Assembly (NCBI RefSeq): GCF_002113885.1 | Contig: NW_018408800.1 | Coordinates: 398,174-452,526, forward strand | Direction of reading: 5' to 3' | Length of the DNA: 54,353 bases | Source of the DNA: Mizuhopecten yessoensis | Taxonomy: Eukaryota | In this document: positions 34,113 through 45,749 of the stretch, one piece after another | Layout of the letters: every line of letters starts with the position of its first letter | Numbering within the stretch: the stretch's first letter is position 1 | Notes under the pieces: model-generated | Seen by the model: only the letters and a program-made list of their open reading frames with translations | Databases searched by the model: none | What the model was told of the DNA's origin: nothing | Program-made: the position numbers and the translations under genes

Positions 34113-36651
34113 CTGAAATGACAAATGAATGAAAATGAAATCTGAAGTGAAGAAATATTACTGTCTTAACATGTGTACACCATTTAGATTTATCCACGAT
34201 TATATCTACTTATATTAGGGACTGACCTGGCCCCATATTCATTAAACCGAATTCATACTCAAGCATGGATTTTGTGCTCAAGACAACTGTTTTGTAACTT
34301 ACTAAATTATTGTAACACAGAACAAAGTCCAGTAAAAACATTGAAAACAGTATTTGGTTTTTCGTCTATCCAATATTCTTCCAAAATCATCAACGAAATT
34401 GATCCCGGAGAGAAGAATTCNNNNNNNNNNNNNNNNNNNNNNNNNNNNNNNNNNNNNNNNNNNNNNNNNNNNNNNNNNNNNNNNNNNNNNNNNNNNNNNN
34501 NNNNNNNNNNNNNNNNNNNNNNNNNNNNNNNNNNNNNNNNNNNNNNNNNNNNNNNNNNNNNNNNNNNNNNNNNNNNNNNNNNNNNNNNNNNNNNNNNNNN
34601 NNNNNNNNNNNNNNNNNNNNNNNNNNNNNNNNNNNNNNNNNNNNNNNNNNNNNNNNNNNNNNNNNNNCCAGCGCGTGTTACACTCCATGTGAGCGTCAAA
34701 GAACACCAACACGTCACCGGTGGCATTGCGGGCCCCATTCATCCTCGACCTGACCAGTCCGGCCCTCTGGCGGTTCCGGATCACCCTGGCTTTTGGCACC
34801 AGGGACAAATACATGTCTAACTCGTCCTTTAGGTACGTCATAGTGCTGAAGTCGTCTACGAGGATCACTTCCTTCAGGTTTTCTTCTGGGGACCTGTCTA
34901 TGACGCTGTGGACGGTCCGGAGCAAAGTGGACAGCGCCTCGTTGTGGAAGATGGTCACTACGGATACAGTGAGTGATGTATCATAGAGAAAATTTGTTTT
35001 GTGACATTCCGGATTTCTATTATCAGGAACAGGACGTCGTACAGACAACCCGTCACCGGCCGACACGTTGTACTTGAATTTGCTAGTGTCGACCATTCCT
35101 CTGTGACGAGCGAGGATGGATTGGAGAGTGTGCTCCAGTTTCTTCGTGTATTTCTCATCCTCAATTGCACCTAATCTAAATCAAATAAAACGTTACTTAT
35201 ATTATGTAAGCGACATAGATAACAGAAATATTGAAATTAATTTAAACGGACTTTGCCTCAAATATATTGTTACATGTTTCAATTAACCCCAGAAAAAATG
35301 GCAATGGATTAAAATAAATGAACATATCAAACACACGTAACATATGTTAAGAGGTACTTGTCAAATGGACCATAAAACAACACGATGGCCTAACTATCGA
35401 GCATTCTGGCAGTGGTTCCAATTATTTTAATCACACTATCAAAATTTCGATTTTGATCAGTCTTGCTTTTTTTTCAACACAAAGGAGAAGATACACCATA
35501 TAATACTGATTCTGATTTAATGTTAGCGTAGAATGGGTTTGACCAGAATTATTGAAAGTATATGGATTCTAAAGATAAGCTCTGTACGGATTCCTGTCCC
35601 ACTGTCCTCTGCTGTTTCGTGTATACAGTAACCTCCCCGAAATGTCGTTTTTGATTAAACTGTAGCCCAGTGAGGCACTGACCAAACTAGCCCAGTGAGG
35701 CACTGACCAAACTGTAGCCCAGTGAGGTACTGACCAAACTGTAGCCCAGTGAGGCACTGACCAAACTGTAGCCCAGTGAGGTACTGACCAAACTGTAGCC
35801 CAGTGAGGCACTGACCAAACTGTAGCCCAGTGAGGCACTGACCAAACTAGCCCTGTGAGGCACTGACCAAACTGTAGCCCAGTGAGGCACTGACCAAACT
35901 GTAGCCCAGTGAGGCACTGACCATTCCGTTGACTCGGTAGTTCAATCGGTTAGAGCAACAACATAACAATCTCAGGTCATCAGTTGGAATCCTAGTCTAG
36001 CCCTGCTGATTTTTTTTTTTAAACTCAGAACACTGTTGTTTACATTTTATTCCATTAAACTTTAATATTTTTCATAACGTCCGACAAGATGTGATTTTCT
36101 TATCAGAAATTATTTATCACAGCTGTAATAATGCCAGAAAAAATCAGTTTTCGTGTCATATTGCAAACTATTCCATGCAATAACTAATTGTCAAAAGTTG
36201 CACTCGACGCACACGTATTTGATTTACACATTGTATCAAAATTTGTGCCCATGGGCGTTCTTACTTTTGACGGGTACGGTATAAGAGAACATGCCATGGA
36301 GAGGTCAATAATCAGTGCGTTTTATAGTAAAACAACCTTATCAGTGGAGAGAAATGAATGTTAGTCTAAAGAGAAGTAGATAAATAGTAAAAAAAAACGC
36401 TAAATGAGTCGATTTTAAAGAACAGGGTCCTCAATCAGCATAAACATTACCATATCATCATACAGTGTAGTTGGTTTACACACGTACCTTGCTGCCACCA
36501 TGCGTTGCTGAGATATGATGTCGCGCTGGTCCTCCTCTAGCTGTCGAGGGGAATGTGGCAGAGATATCAGGATAATCCACGATTGTCCAACAATAAATAG
36601 AAGCATAACGGGTAGGAGCCCGCACCTCCTCGCACGGCCTGACCTTGCCAT
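33146..36651 (-). CDS. GALNT: Polypeptide GalNAc-transferase-like copy 1: join complement(36488..36651, 34668(gap)..35175, 33146..34112)
   Basis: N-terminal transmembrane segment, IFHNE, VDD, DAH, WGGE and VGH motifs, and a C-terminal ricin-like region. The end of exon 2 is lost in the N gap 34421-34667. An in-frame upstream ATG exists at 36702. Confidence 0.9.
34668..35175 (-). CDS. GALNT: GALNT copy 1 exon 2 (GT-A fold, DxH), truncated by gap
   Basis: SVVTIFHNEALSTLLRTVHS, ILVDD, FFDAHMEC. Confidence 0.92.
35657..35922. repeat. 27-bp minisatellite (~10 units) in GALNT copy 1 intron 1
   Basis: AAACTGTAGCCCAGTGAGGCACTGACC tandem, with some 25-bp variants. Confidence 0.95.
35927..36020 (+). 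mobile_element. Monomeric tRNA-derived SINE head (same family as the 51-bp arrays)
   Basis: cgttgac..gtagttcaatcggttagagc...aggtc...aatcctagtctagccctgctga followed by a T-run. Confidence 0.6.
36488..36651 (-). CDS. GALNT: GALNT copy 1 exon 1 (cytoplasmic tail + type II transmembrane anchor)
   Basis: MARSGRARRCGLLPVMLLFIVGQSWIILISL; AG|GTACGT donor, phase 2, matches exon 2. Confidence 0.85.
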
Positions 36652-36926
36652 CGTGTCACGTCCGTACGCACGTGGGATCAGGTACACGTGGCGAGGTGAC
36701 ATTGTATAGGGTGTCTGGTGTCGTCATCAACATATGTACCTTATTATTTATCCATAGCACAAGTCTGCAAAGAAATTATATTTTTCATTTTTTTTACCTT
36801 AATTGACGAATCAAATGAATGTTTGAACGTATCATACAACCACACTATAATAATTTCTCTCATCTGGATAAAACATGCATGTATAAATAAATATATGCAG
36901 ATAACTTCGTCCCTGGATAGATTGAA

Positions 36927-37148
36927 CACAGGGACGAGAATTTGTTACAGCTATATTTGGACGTAAACTAAGTTGTTCATGGTAATTTTACGCGTTATAG
37001 AGGTTTACGTCGACTTTTGGTAAAATGTCTCTCCCAATGATGATAACTTTTACCGAAAGTCGATCTAAACCCCTAAAACATGTAAAATTACTCTGAACAC
37101 CTTAGTTTAGGTCCAAATATAGCTTTAACAAATTATCAGGTCCTTGTG
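36927..37148. mobile_element. CACAGGGA-family MITE copy 2 (chimeric, at duplication junction)
   Basis: Same foldback structure; left flank matches copy 3, right flank matches copy 1. Confidence 0.88.
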
Positions 37149-37636
37149 ATTGAAACGAGAGGACCATAAGGCCCGTATAGCTAATCGCTCAACGTAATCG
37201 CTTCAGATGTTCTAAACAAATGCAGACTCAGTGTAATAGCATAAGCTTATTGGCCTTTCAGGAGGACAAACAAGAGGTCGAAGGGGCATGTATCGCCCTT
37301 GAAGAAAACCCTTATTTCCGCAATCGGGCCCGCCACTCCGCCCCAGGTTGAGAGGACACTCCCTTTCACAATAGACTTATTGACAATATAAACCGATTTC
37401 ATGAAAGGTGACTTAATATCAATTCATTTAATAATGGAAGGAACAAAGCTTTGGAGTTATACTCTGAATGATCCTCGTACTAATGGTAACAACCAACTGC
37501 CTTTTTCAGGATTGACTATGTAGCTTTGATGAATCATTTCCGAAAATAATACCATACCTTGCGGGACTTTCATGAAATCGATATATAAATATGAAATAGA
37601 TAAATTGTAATCAACAACAGTACGTGTGGTGAGGAT

Positions 37637-37980
37637 GAAAATTCAGCGGGGCTAGAGCGGGATTGGAACCCCGGACCTTAGTATGTTCTACTATCGCCCT
37701 TACCGACTGAGCTTTCGAACCCTGGACCTTAGTATGTTCTACTCCCGCCCTTACCGACTGAGCTTTCGAACCCTGGACCTTAGTATGTTTTACTCCCGCC
37801 CTTACCGACTGAGCTTTCGAACTCTGGACCTTAGTATGTTCTACTATCGCCCTTACCGACTGAGCTTTGGAACTCTAGACCTTAGTATGTTCTACTATCG
37901 CCCTTACCGACTGCGCTTTGGAACTCTGGACCTTAGTATGTTCTACTGTCGCCCTTACCGACTGAGCTTCCAGGTCAACG
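37637..37980 (-). repeat. tRNA-derived SINE head with 51-bp unit amplified 6 times
   Basis: Units start at 37683, 37734, 37785, 37836, 37887 and 37938. Confidence 0.8.
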
Positions 37981-38048
37981 AGAATGTCATCGCCCAGCTT
38001 TACTACAGCTTTATCCTAAACGAAATTAAAGGGAGCCTACTTTATATA

Positions 38049-39315
38049 AACAAGAGGCCCAATGGGGACCAATATACAGCTACAGTCAAAATATCTGTGT
38101 TCGATCCATTTGAATCTATTGAATGTTTTAAACATATGACACCTGTGACTTTGAAAGTTTATAGCCTTCCGTCCCGGCATACTTCTGGCTAAATATCATT
38201 ACCCTGGACCTTTTGAATAAACATATTTGATCCCTGTGACATTGAATATGAGCAAAGGTCATTCATTTGAACAAACTTGGTAGCCCTTCATCCCAGCATG
38301 TTACTGGCCAAATATCATCATCCAAGGCCTTTTGGTTATTGAGAAGAAGTTTTTTTAAAGGTTTTAAACATATTTGACCCCTGTGACCTTGAACAAGGTG
38401 AAGGTTATTAATTTGAATAAACTTGGTAGCCTTTCTTCCCAGCATGTTACTGGCCAAATATCATTAGCCTATGCCTCTTGGATATTAAGGAGAAGTTGTT
38501 TAAAGGTTTTAAACATATTTGACCCCTGTGACCTTGCAAATAGGTGAAGGTCGTTTGTTTGAACAAACTTGGTAGCCCTTTATCTGAGCATGATACTGGT
38601 CAAATATCATTGTTCTAGGACTCTTGGGTATTCAGGAGAAGTTGTGTAAAGGTTTTAAACATATTTGACCCCTGTGACTTTGAAAATAGATGAAGGTCAT
38701 TTGTTTGAACAAACTTGGTAGCCCTATATCCCAGCATGTTACTGGTCAAATATCATTATCCTAGGCTTCTTCGTTATTCAGAAGAAGTTGTTTAAAGATT
38801 TTAAACATATTTGATCCCTGTGACCTTGAATATAAGTCAAGGTCATTCATTTGAACAAACTCTGTAGCCCTCTATTACAGCATGCTACTGGTCAAATATC
38901 ATTATCCTAGGCTTCTTGGTTATTGAGAAGAAGTTGTTTAAATGTTTTAAACATATTTGACCCCTATGACCTTGAATATAAATAAAGGTCATTCATTTTA
39001 ACAAAATTTAGTAGCCCTTTATGCTAGCATGTTACTGGCTCAATATAATTATCCTAGGCCTCTTAATTTATTCAGAAGAAGCTGTTTAAAGTTTTTAACA
39101 TATTTGACCCCGGTGACCTTGAAAATAGCTGAAGGTGATTTATTTGAACAATCTTGGTAACCCTTCATCCCAGTTTGCTTCTGGCCAAATATCACCACCC
39201 TAGACCTTTCGGTTATTAAGAAGAAGTAGTTTAAAGTTAAATATTGACGACGGACGACGGACGCCGGACGCCGGACGCCGGACGCCGCACCACGGCATAA
39301 GTGCCAGGTGAGCTA
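38049..39315 (-). mobile_element. HINE with ~146-bp internal tandem repeats
   Basis: Termini aacaagaggccc...(ggacgcc)n..ccaggtgagctaaaa; core period 146 (38511, 38657, 38803). Absent at the paralogous site ~32360. Confidence 0.88.
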
Positions 39316-40109
39316 AAAAAGCAGTACAGCGAGACATGGATACTTAAACATAGATTCCAAAAATAATCTTCAGGTTATATTTTCTGTTATAACAGCAGTA
39401 TCCGGTGCGGATCTGTTCAAAGATTTACGGAAAAAAAATATAAAAAAATAACGAGTTCGGCTTTCCGTATTACTGTGTCATTTGTGTCGATTACAAGTCT
39501 TGTCTTCAACGTGTCAAATTATAGCCTCCTTTTCCTCTGAACCCCCTCTGCCATACACGTTCTTATGATATTTTTTTTTATGATCAACAGTCGGTAAGAG
39601 AACACTCGGATATGATGCTAAAGTAAGAGTAGCGTTAATATCAAGCGGACAGTGCTCATAAGAATACATTTACCGTCGTATGACATTGCCACTTTATAAC
39701 CCTACCACACATTTAGATATCATTCATACAGGCTATGAATGCTTTGAAAAGATTTTTGACGTCATCATCATTATGACGCCATTTTGATACTTGTTACGTT
39801 GGATACTACCGACTCGCCTTAGACAGACTGCTGTTCCATTCATCAAACAAGCATATATACGATCATTTTTTTAATTGAGCTAAATGCTGAATAATAGTAT
39901 TTGTAATTAGTGTTTTTTTAGGGAGAAGCGGAGGGGGAGGGGGTGGTGTTAAACAGATTTCAACGATTCAAAACCTGGTAAACATAACAACTCATTTGCT
40001 TTCAGTTGGCATTCATAGGCTCCCAATGCTCAAACATAACACACCCAAAATTCAATAAAAGTTCCAAGGTATTTTGACTTTATTTGAGATTTGAATAAAA
40101 CAAATTCAT

Positions 40110-41076
40110 TCAATTAAACTTCGGGACTTCGGAAAGCCGGTACATGAAATACCAGCTTTGATAGGCGGAACTGTAATTACACGGCAAAGCTTGCGCCATT
40201 TGCTCATTAAAATGGACCTCCGATATCGCACCTGTCACGTGGCTCACACACAACGTCTGCGCACTGTCATTGAATTCAAACATGAGAGCTCCTGTATTAG
40301 AGATCGGAGAGGTCGTCTGAAATTTCCACTTTCCCGGGATCACATTTTTAGTTTCATCACACTTTCTCCTTTTCAGGAAATGTGTGGAATCCGAAATAAA
40401 TACACAATAATCATCAAACTTAAATTCGCCTTTCTCTGAAAACGTAAAGGAATTTTCAGGTATTATTCTATATTTAAAACATGCATATGTTATCCCAATG
40501 TAATGATCATCTAGGACAGCAAGACAGGCTAAAGTTTTCCCGTTGGTTATCTCCCCATAGAAGGCGGCGTCGATAGGGGGAACCTTCTGTTCCGGAAGTA
40601 CGTTTTTAAGGTACCAGTGGAATGGTTTACAGTGCAATGACTTAAGAAAGTTTTTCTGTGACATAATAGCATTGTTGTCTATTTGGGGGAAATTCTGCGT
40701 TCGTCCAGCAGTAACTCTATAGAAGGTATCTTTATATTCATCCAGCCATATTTCCGCTACCCTCATCAGATTTTTCAGTATGACTGTATCTCGATCGGCG
40801 CCACCAAAACTGTAACTCTGGACGCCCATTTTAAACAGATGTCCCACTTTGGAACATGGAACTGTCAACACTCTCCCAGCACACAACCAGTTTTTGAATG
40901 ACAAATCAAAGTGTTCCCCTCCCCAAATGTCAAGTCCCTCGTCGAAGCCCCCGATCCGAAAGAAGTGGTCCCTTCGTACGGCGATGGCGTTACCCACCAG
41001 CACGGGGGTAACAAATGGTTCCGTTTTAGACTTCAATGCTTGTTCAACGAAGCCCGGTACTTCGAACCACGCATAC
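40110..41076 (-). CDS. GALNT: GALNT copy 2 exon 3
   Basis: Near-identical to 33146-34112. Confidence 0.92.
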
Positions 41077-44000
41077 CTGAAATGACAAATGAATGAAAAT
41101 GAAATCTGAAGTGAAGAAATATTACTGTCTTAACATGTGTACACCATTTAGATTTATCCACGATTATATCTACTTATATTAGGGACTGACCTGGCCCCAT
41201 ATTCATTAAACCGAACTCATACTCAAGCATGGATTTTGTGCTCAAGACAACTGTTTTGTAACTTACTAAAAGCATGTAACACAGAACAAAGTCCAGTAAA
41301 AACATTGAAAACAGTATTTGGTTTTTCGTCTATCCAATATACTTCCAAAATCATCAACGAAATTGATCCCGGAGAGAAGAATTCCAACTTGAGCACGAAA
41401 TCTGCTAGAGTATCACAAAAGCCCGACCGAGTTTGATATTATACACGCATGGACTTTGTTGAAGGAAAACACGATTGTTTGTTCCTCAACATTAACATAT
41501 TTCTCTGCGAAAAAGGCTATACATGTTTTATCATACCGAAATAAAACAATAACGTAACTAGAGCAGTAAATACGAGCATGCAGGTTGACACGCCATTGTT
41601 GTCGTTTGCTTCATCCACTCGGAATTAGATGTCACGGCTGTTGCCCATTTTCTTGGAGAGGCTCCGCAAATGGGAAATATGACCATTAAAACTCGAGCGC
41701 GTGAAGTTGATACGATGTTTTATTTCCCCGTCATGTAATCAGTATAATTCAATCATAAACGCTGTTATATAGATGAGGTATACTGATGTGTTTTCACTTA
41801 GTGTGGCCGAATAAGTTTGAGATTTCATCTGAGGCCTACCAAGTTTGGGAACATTTTATTTTATTTTATGACGCCGCTTGGGTTATTTTTAAGTACTGAC
41901 CGGAAGCCGACATAATGNACCAAGTTTGGGAACATGTAATTTTATGACGCCGCTTGGGTTATTTTTAAGTACTGACCGGAAACCGACATAATTTGATGTA
42001 CAGATACTCAAAAGAGGCCTAGCAAGTTTAATATTATATACATACTTGAACCCGAAACATTTTAAGAACTGATTTTCATATGACTCTGACAAAGTTTCTT
42101 TATTTTGTATCACCTCTGACGCCCGACCCGGATTTATAATTTATCTTAAATAACAACCTAAGATACGCACCTGAGGTCCCAACCGAATCCTCCACGAGAG
42201 CGACGATCACCATCTGGGTAACTGTAATAGTCCATTGTGTCAGCTTTAATGATGTCCACATCCGGCTGTAGAATTGCAGTGGGTTCGTCTTGAAGCGCGT
42301 GCAGGAGTGGCTCCAACCAGCGCGTGTTACACTCCATGTGGGCGTCAAAGAACACCAACACGTCACCGGTGGCATTGCGGGCCCCATTCATCCTCGACCT
42401 GACCAGTCCGGCCCTATGGCGGTTCCGGATCACCCTGGCTTTTGGCACCAGGGACAAATACATGTCTAACTCGTCCTTTAGATACGTCATAGTGCTGGAG
42501 TCGTCTACGAGGATCACTTCCTTCAGGTTTTCTTCTGGGGACCTGTCTATGACGCTGTGGACGGTCCGGAGCAAAGTGGACAGCGCCTCGTTGTGGAAGA
42601 TGGTCACTACGGATACAGTGAGTGATGTATCATAGAGAAAATTTGTTTTGTGACATTCCGGATTTCTATTATCAGGAACAGGACGTCGTACAGACAACCC
42701 GTCACCGGCCGACACGTTGTACTTGAATTTGCTAGTGTCGACCATTCCTCTGTGACGAGCGAGGATGGATTGGAGAGTGTGCTCCAGTTTCTTCGTGTAT
42801 TTCTCATCCTCAATTGCACCTAATCTAAATCAAATAAAACGTTACTTATATTATGTAAGCGACATAGATAACAGAAATATTGAAATTAATTTAAACGGAC
42901 TTTGCCTCAAATATATTGTTACATGTTTCAATTAACCCCAGAAAAAATGACAATGGATAAAAATAAATGAACATATCAAACACACGTAACATATGTTAAG
43001 AGTTACTTGTCAAATGGACCATAAAACAACATGATGGCCTAACTATCGAGCATTCTGGCAGTGGTTCCAATTATTTTAATCACACTATCAAAATTTCGAT
43101 TTTGATCAATCTTGCTTTTTTTTCAACACCAAGGAGAAGATACACTATATAATACTGATTCTGATTTAATGTTAGCGTAGAATGGGTTTGACCAGAATTA
43201 TTGAAAGTATATGGATTCTAAAGATAAGCTCTGTACGGATTCCTGTCCTCTGCTGTTTCGTGTATACAGTAACCTCCCCGAAATGTCGTTTCTGATTAAC
43301 CTGTAGCCGGCAGTGAGGCACTGACCAAACTGTAGCCCAGTGAGGTACTGACCAAACTGTAGCCCAGTGAGGCACTGACCAAACTGTAGCCCAGTGAGGC
43401 ACTGACCAAACTGTAGCCCAGTGAGGCACTGACCAAACTGTAGCCCAGTGAGGCACTGACCAAACTAGCCCAGTGAGGTACTGACCAAACTGTAGCCCAG
43501 TGAGGCACTGACCAAACTGTAGCCCAGTGAGGTACTGACCAAACTGTGGCCCAGTGAGGTCATGGGCTCAGAACATTGTGTTTACATTTTATTCCATTAA
43601 CCTTTAATATTTTTCATAAAGTCCGACAAGATGTGATTTTCTTATCAGAAATGATTTATCACAGCTGTAATCATGCCAGAAAAATAAATCAGTTTCAAAT
43701 GTGTAGTTACAAATTTTGGCAGTGGGTACGGGGAGTTCAAAAGCATATATTTATAGTGTGCGATTCTTTACACTAGCCATACAGCAAGCCATACTCATTA
43801 TACAAAAGGCAAATGACAACCAGTTATACCAGTGTGATATGAAATAGGCCGTTTATTCACAAAAAAAGAAGGTACAAACATGTATACTCACTGGGCGAGG
43901 GTTCCCACATCCTCGATACTCCCAAGAGTTACGCTCACTTTCGATCTCTGCTACGCTTATTTTCACTCTGTGCTGAGAGCGAAAGTGAGCGTAACCCCTT

Positions 44001-44559
44001 GATTATCTGAGGATGGGGTTCAAAGTGCCGTGTTATGTCATTGCGCATGCGTCAATAACTGTTTTCGTGTCATTTTGCAAACTATTCAATGCAATAACTA
44101 ATTGTCAAAAGTTGCACTCGACGCACACGTATTGGATTTACACATAGTATTAAAATCAGTGCCCATATATGGGCGTTCTTTAATTTTGACGTGTAAATTA
44201 AGAGGACACGTCATGGAGAGGTCAATAATCAGAGCGTGTTAAGAGTACCTTATCAGTGGAGAGGAATGAATTTTATTGTAAAGAGAAGTAGATAAATAGT
44301 AAAAACGCTAAATGAGTTGATTTTAAAGAACAGGGTCTTCAATCAGCATAAACAATACCATATCATCACACGGTATAGTTGGTAAACACACGTACCTTGC
44401 TGCCTCCATGCGTTGCTGAGATATGATGTCTCGCTGGTCCTCCTCTAGCTGTCGCGGGGAATGTGGCAGAGATATCAGGATAATCCACGATTGTCCAACA
44501 ATAAATAGAATCATAACGGGTAGGAGCCCGCACCTCCTCGCACGGCCGGACCTTGCCAT
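40110..44559 (-). CDS. GALNT: Polypeptide GalNAc-transferase-like copy 2, complete 594 aa: join complement(44396..44559, 42171..42824, 40110..41076)
   Basis: Three phase-2-compatible exons (164+654+967 nt) with GT-AG boundaries and all GT27 landmark motifs. Confidence 0.93.
42171..42824 (-). CDS. GALNT: GALNT copy 2 exon 2
   Basis: DAH, WLEPLL, RGGFGWDL; AG|GTGCGT donor. Confidence 0.92.
43300..43560. repeat. 27-bp minisatellite in GALNT copy 2 intron 1
   Basis: Paralog of 35657-35922. Confidence 0.95.
43908..44015. mobile_element. 108-bp foldback MITE
   Basis: CATCCTC..gttacgctcactttcg / cgaaagtgagcgtaac..GAGGATG; flanks gggttccca and gggttcaaa. Confidence 0.7.
44396..44559 (-). CDS. GALNT: GALNT copy 2 exon 1
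   Basis: Transmembrane anchor exon, AG|GTACGT donor. Confidence 0.85.
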
Positions 44560-44832
44560 CGTGTCACGTCCGTACGCACGTGGGATCAGGTACACGTGGC
44601 GAGGTGACATTGTATTGGCTTACTACACGGCGTGTCTGGTGTCGTCATCAATGTACCTTATTATTTATCCATAGCACAAGTCCGCAAAGAAATTTTGTTT
44701 TCTTTATTTTACCTTAATTGAGGAATCAAATGAATGTTTGAATTTATCGATCACACTATATGAATTTATCTGGATAAAACATACATGTATAAATACATGT
44801 ATGTATATAACTTCGTCCCTGGATAGATTGAA

Positions 44833-45043
44833 CACAGGGACGAACATTTTATACAGTTATTTTTTGGACCTTGACTAAGTTGTTCATGGTAATTTTACGC
44901 GTTTTAAAGGTTTACGTCGACTTTCGGTAAAAATGATAACTTTTACCGAAAGTCGATGTAAACCCCTAAAACGTGTAAAATTACTCTGAACACCTTAGTT
45001 TAGGTCAAATATAGTTGTAAACAAATATTCTCAGATCCCTGTG
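44833..45043. mobile_element. CACAGGGA-family MITE copy 3
   Basis: Same termini and arms. Confidence 0.88.
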
Positions 45044-45749
45044 GGTTTGAAAACAAAGTCGGGACGCTGTTTAGAAAAGCTATATATGATATTGGTTATA
45101 ATAAGTGTATTGTTTGCAATTTTTGTAATCGACTTCATCATTGTTCGATCAAGCCGTGTCGTATATCTACCAGATGGACGTTATCGACACCCGTGATATA
45201 TTTAAACCGATTTTTCTTTTCAGTCTTCTACCGATTCAAACTATCATAGTAAAGGTTATTACCGCATAAGTTCTATCTCAAATAAACAGTCCCCCTTTAC
45301 TTTTCCCCATTTGATGGAATGAAGAGTTTTTCCTCGCTTAGATTTTATTTTGTGTTTATTGGTGGAAAAACCATGAAAAAATCTATTTGACATTACCGTG
45401 CTTACAGACAATCAGACTGAACTATTGTTTATAACGAAATAACAGTTTTAACGCTGACAAGGAACTCCACAACTCTATAACACTGTCTATAAAGAAAGTC
45501 TTTATCTCCCCCGAAAGTCGTGTCAAAAATCATGGTTTATTGTAGACACCGGTTGATGCAAAATTCTCGTATAGCATCTCTAGTCAACAAATTAATAATT
45601 GCCCTTTGCAGTACATGCGTAAGGATTATCGAAGTCTGGATAAACGAGATTCTCCTATATATAAGTCGGTATAATTCTACTATATATCAGTATAGCTGTA
45701 ATTCTACTGTACATCTGATTAATTGTGGTGGAAATAAATTTAGTCAGTC

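Noticed and set aside
34272-34820. ORFs spanning N runs (also 53397-53942)
   Set aside because: Open only because of ambiguous bases.
35569-35917. Repetitive ORFs (PHWATVWSV)n / (SASLGYSLV)n, also at 43172-43508
   Set aside because: Translations of an intronic 27-bp minisatellite, with frame-shifting 25-bp units.
37683-38192. ORFs (MFYYRPYRLSFRTLDLS)n, also at 32097-32414
   Set aside because: Antisense read-through of the 51-bp tRNA-derived repeat; open only because 51 is divisible by 3.
41838-41992. ~80-bp tandem duplication in GALNT copy 2 intron 2
   Set aside because: Centred on N 41918, so a contig-overlap artefact.
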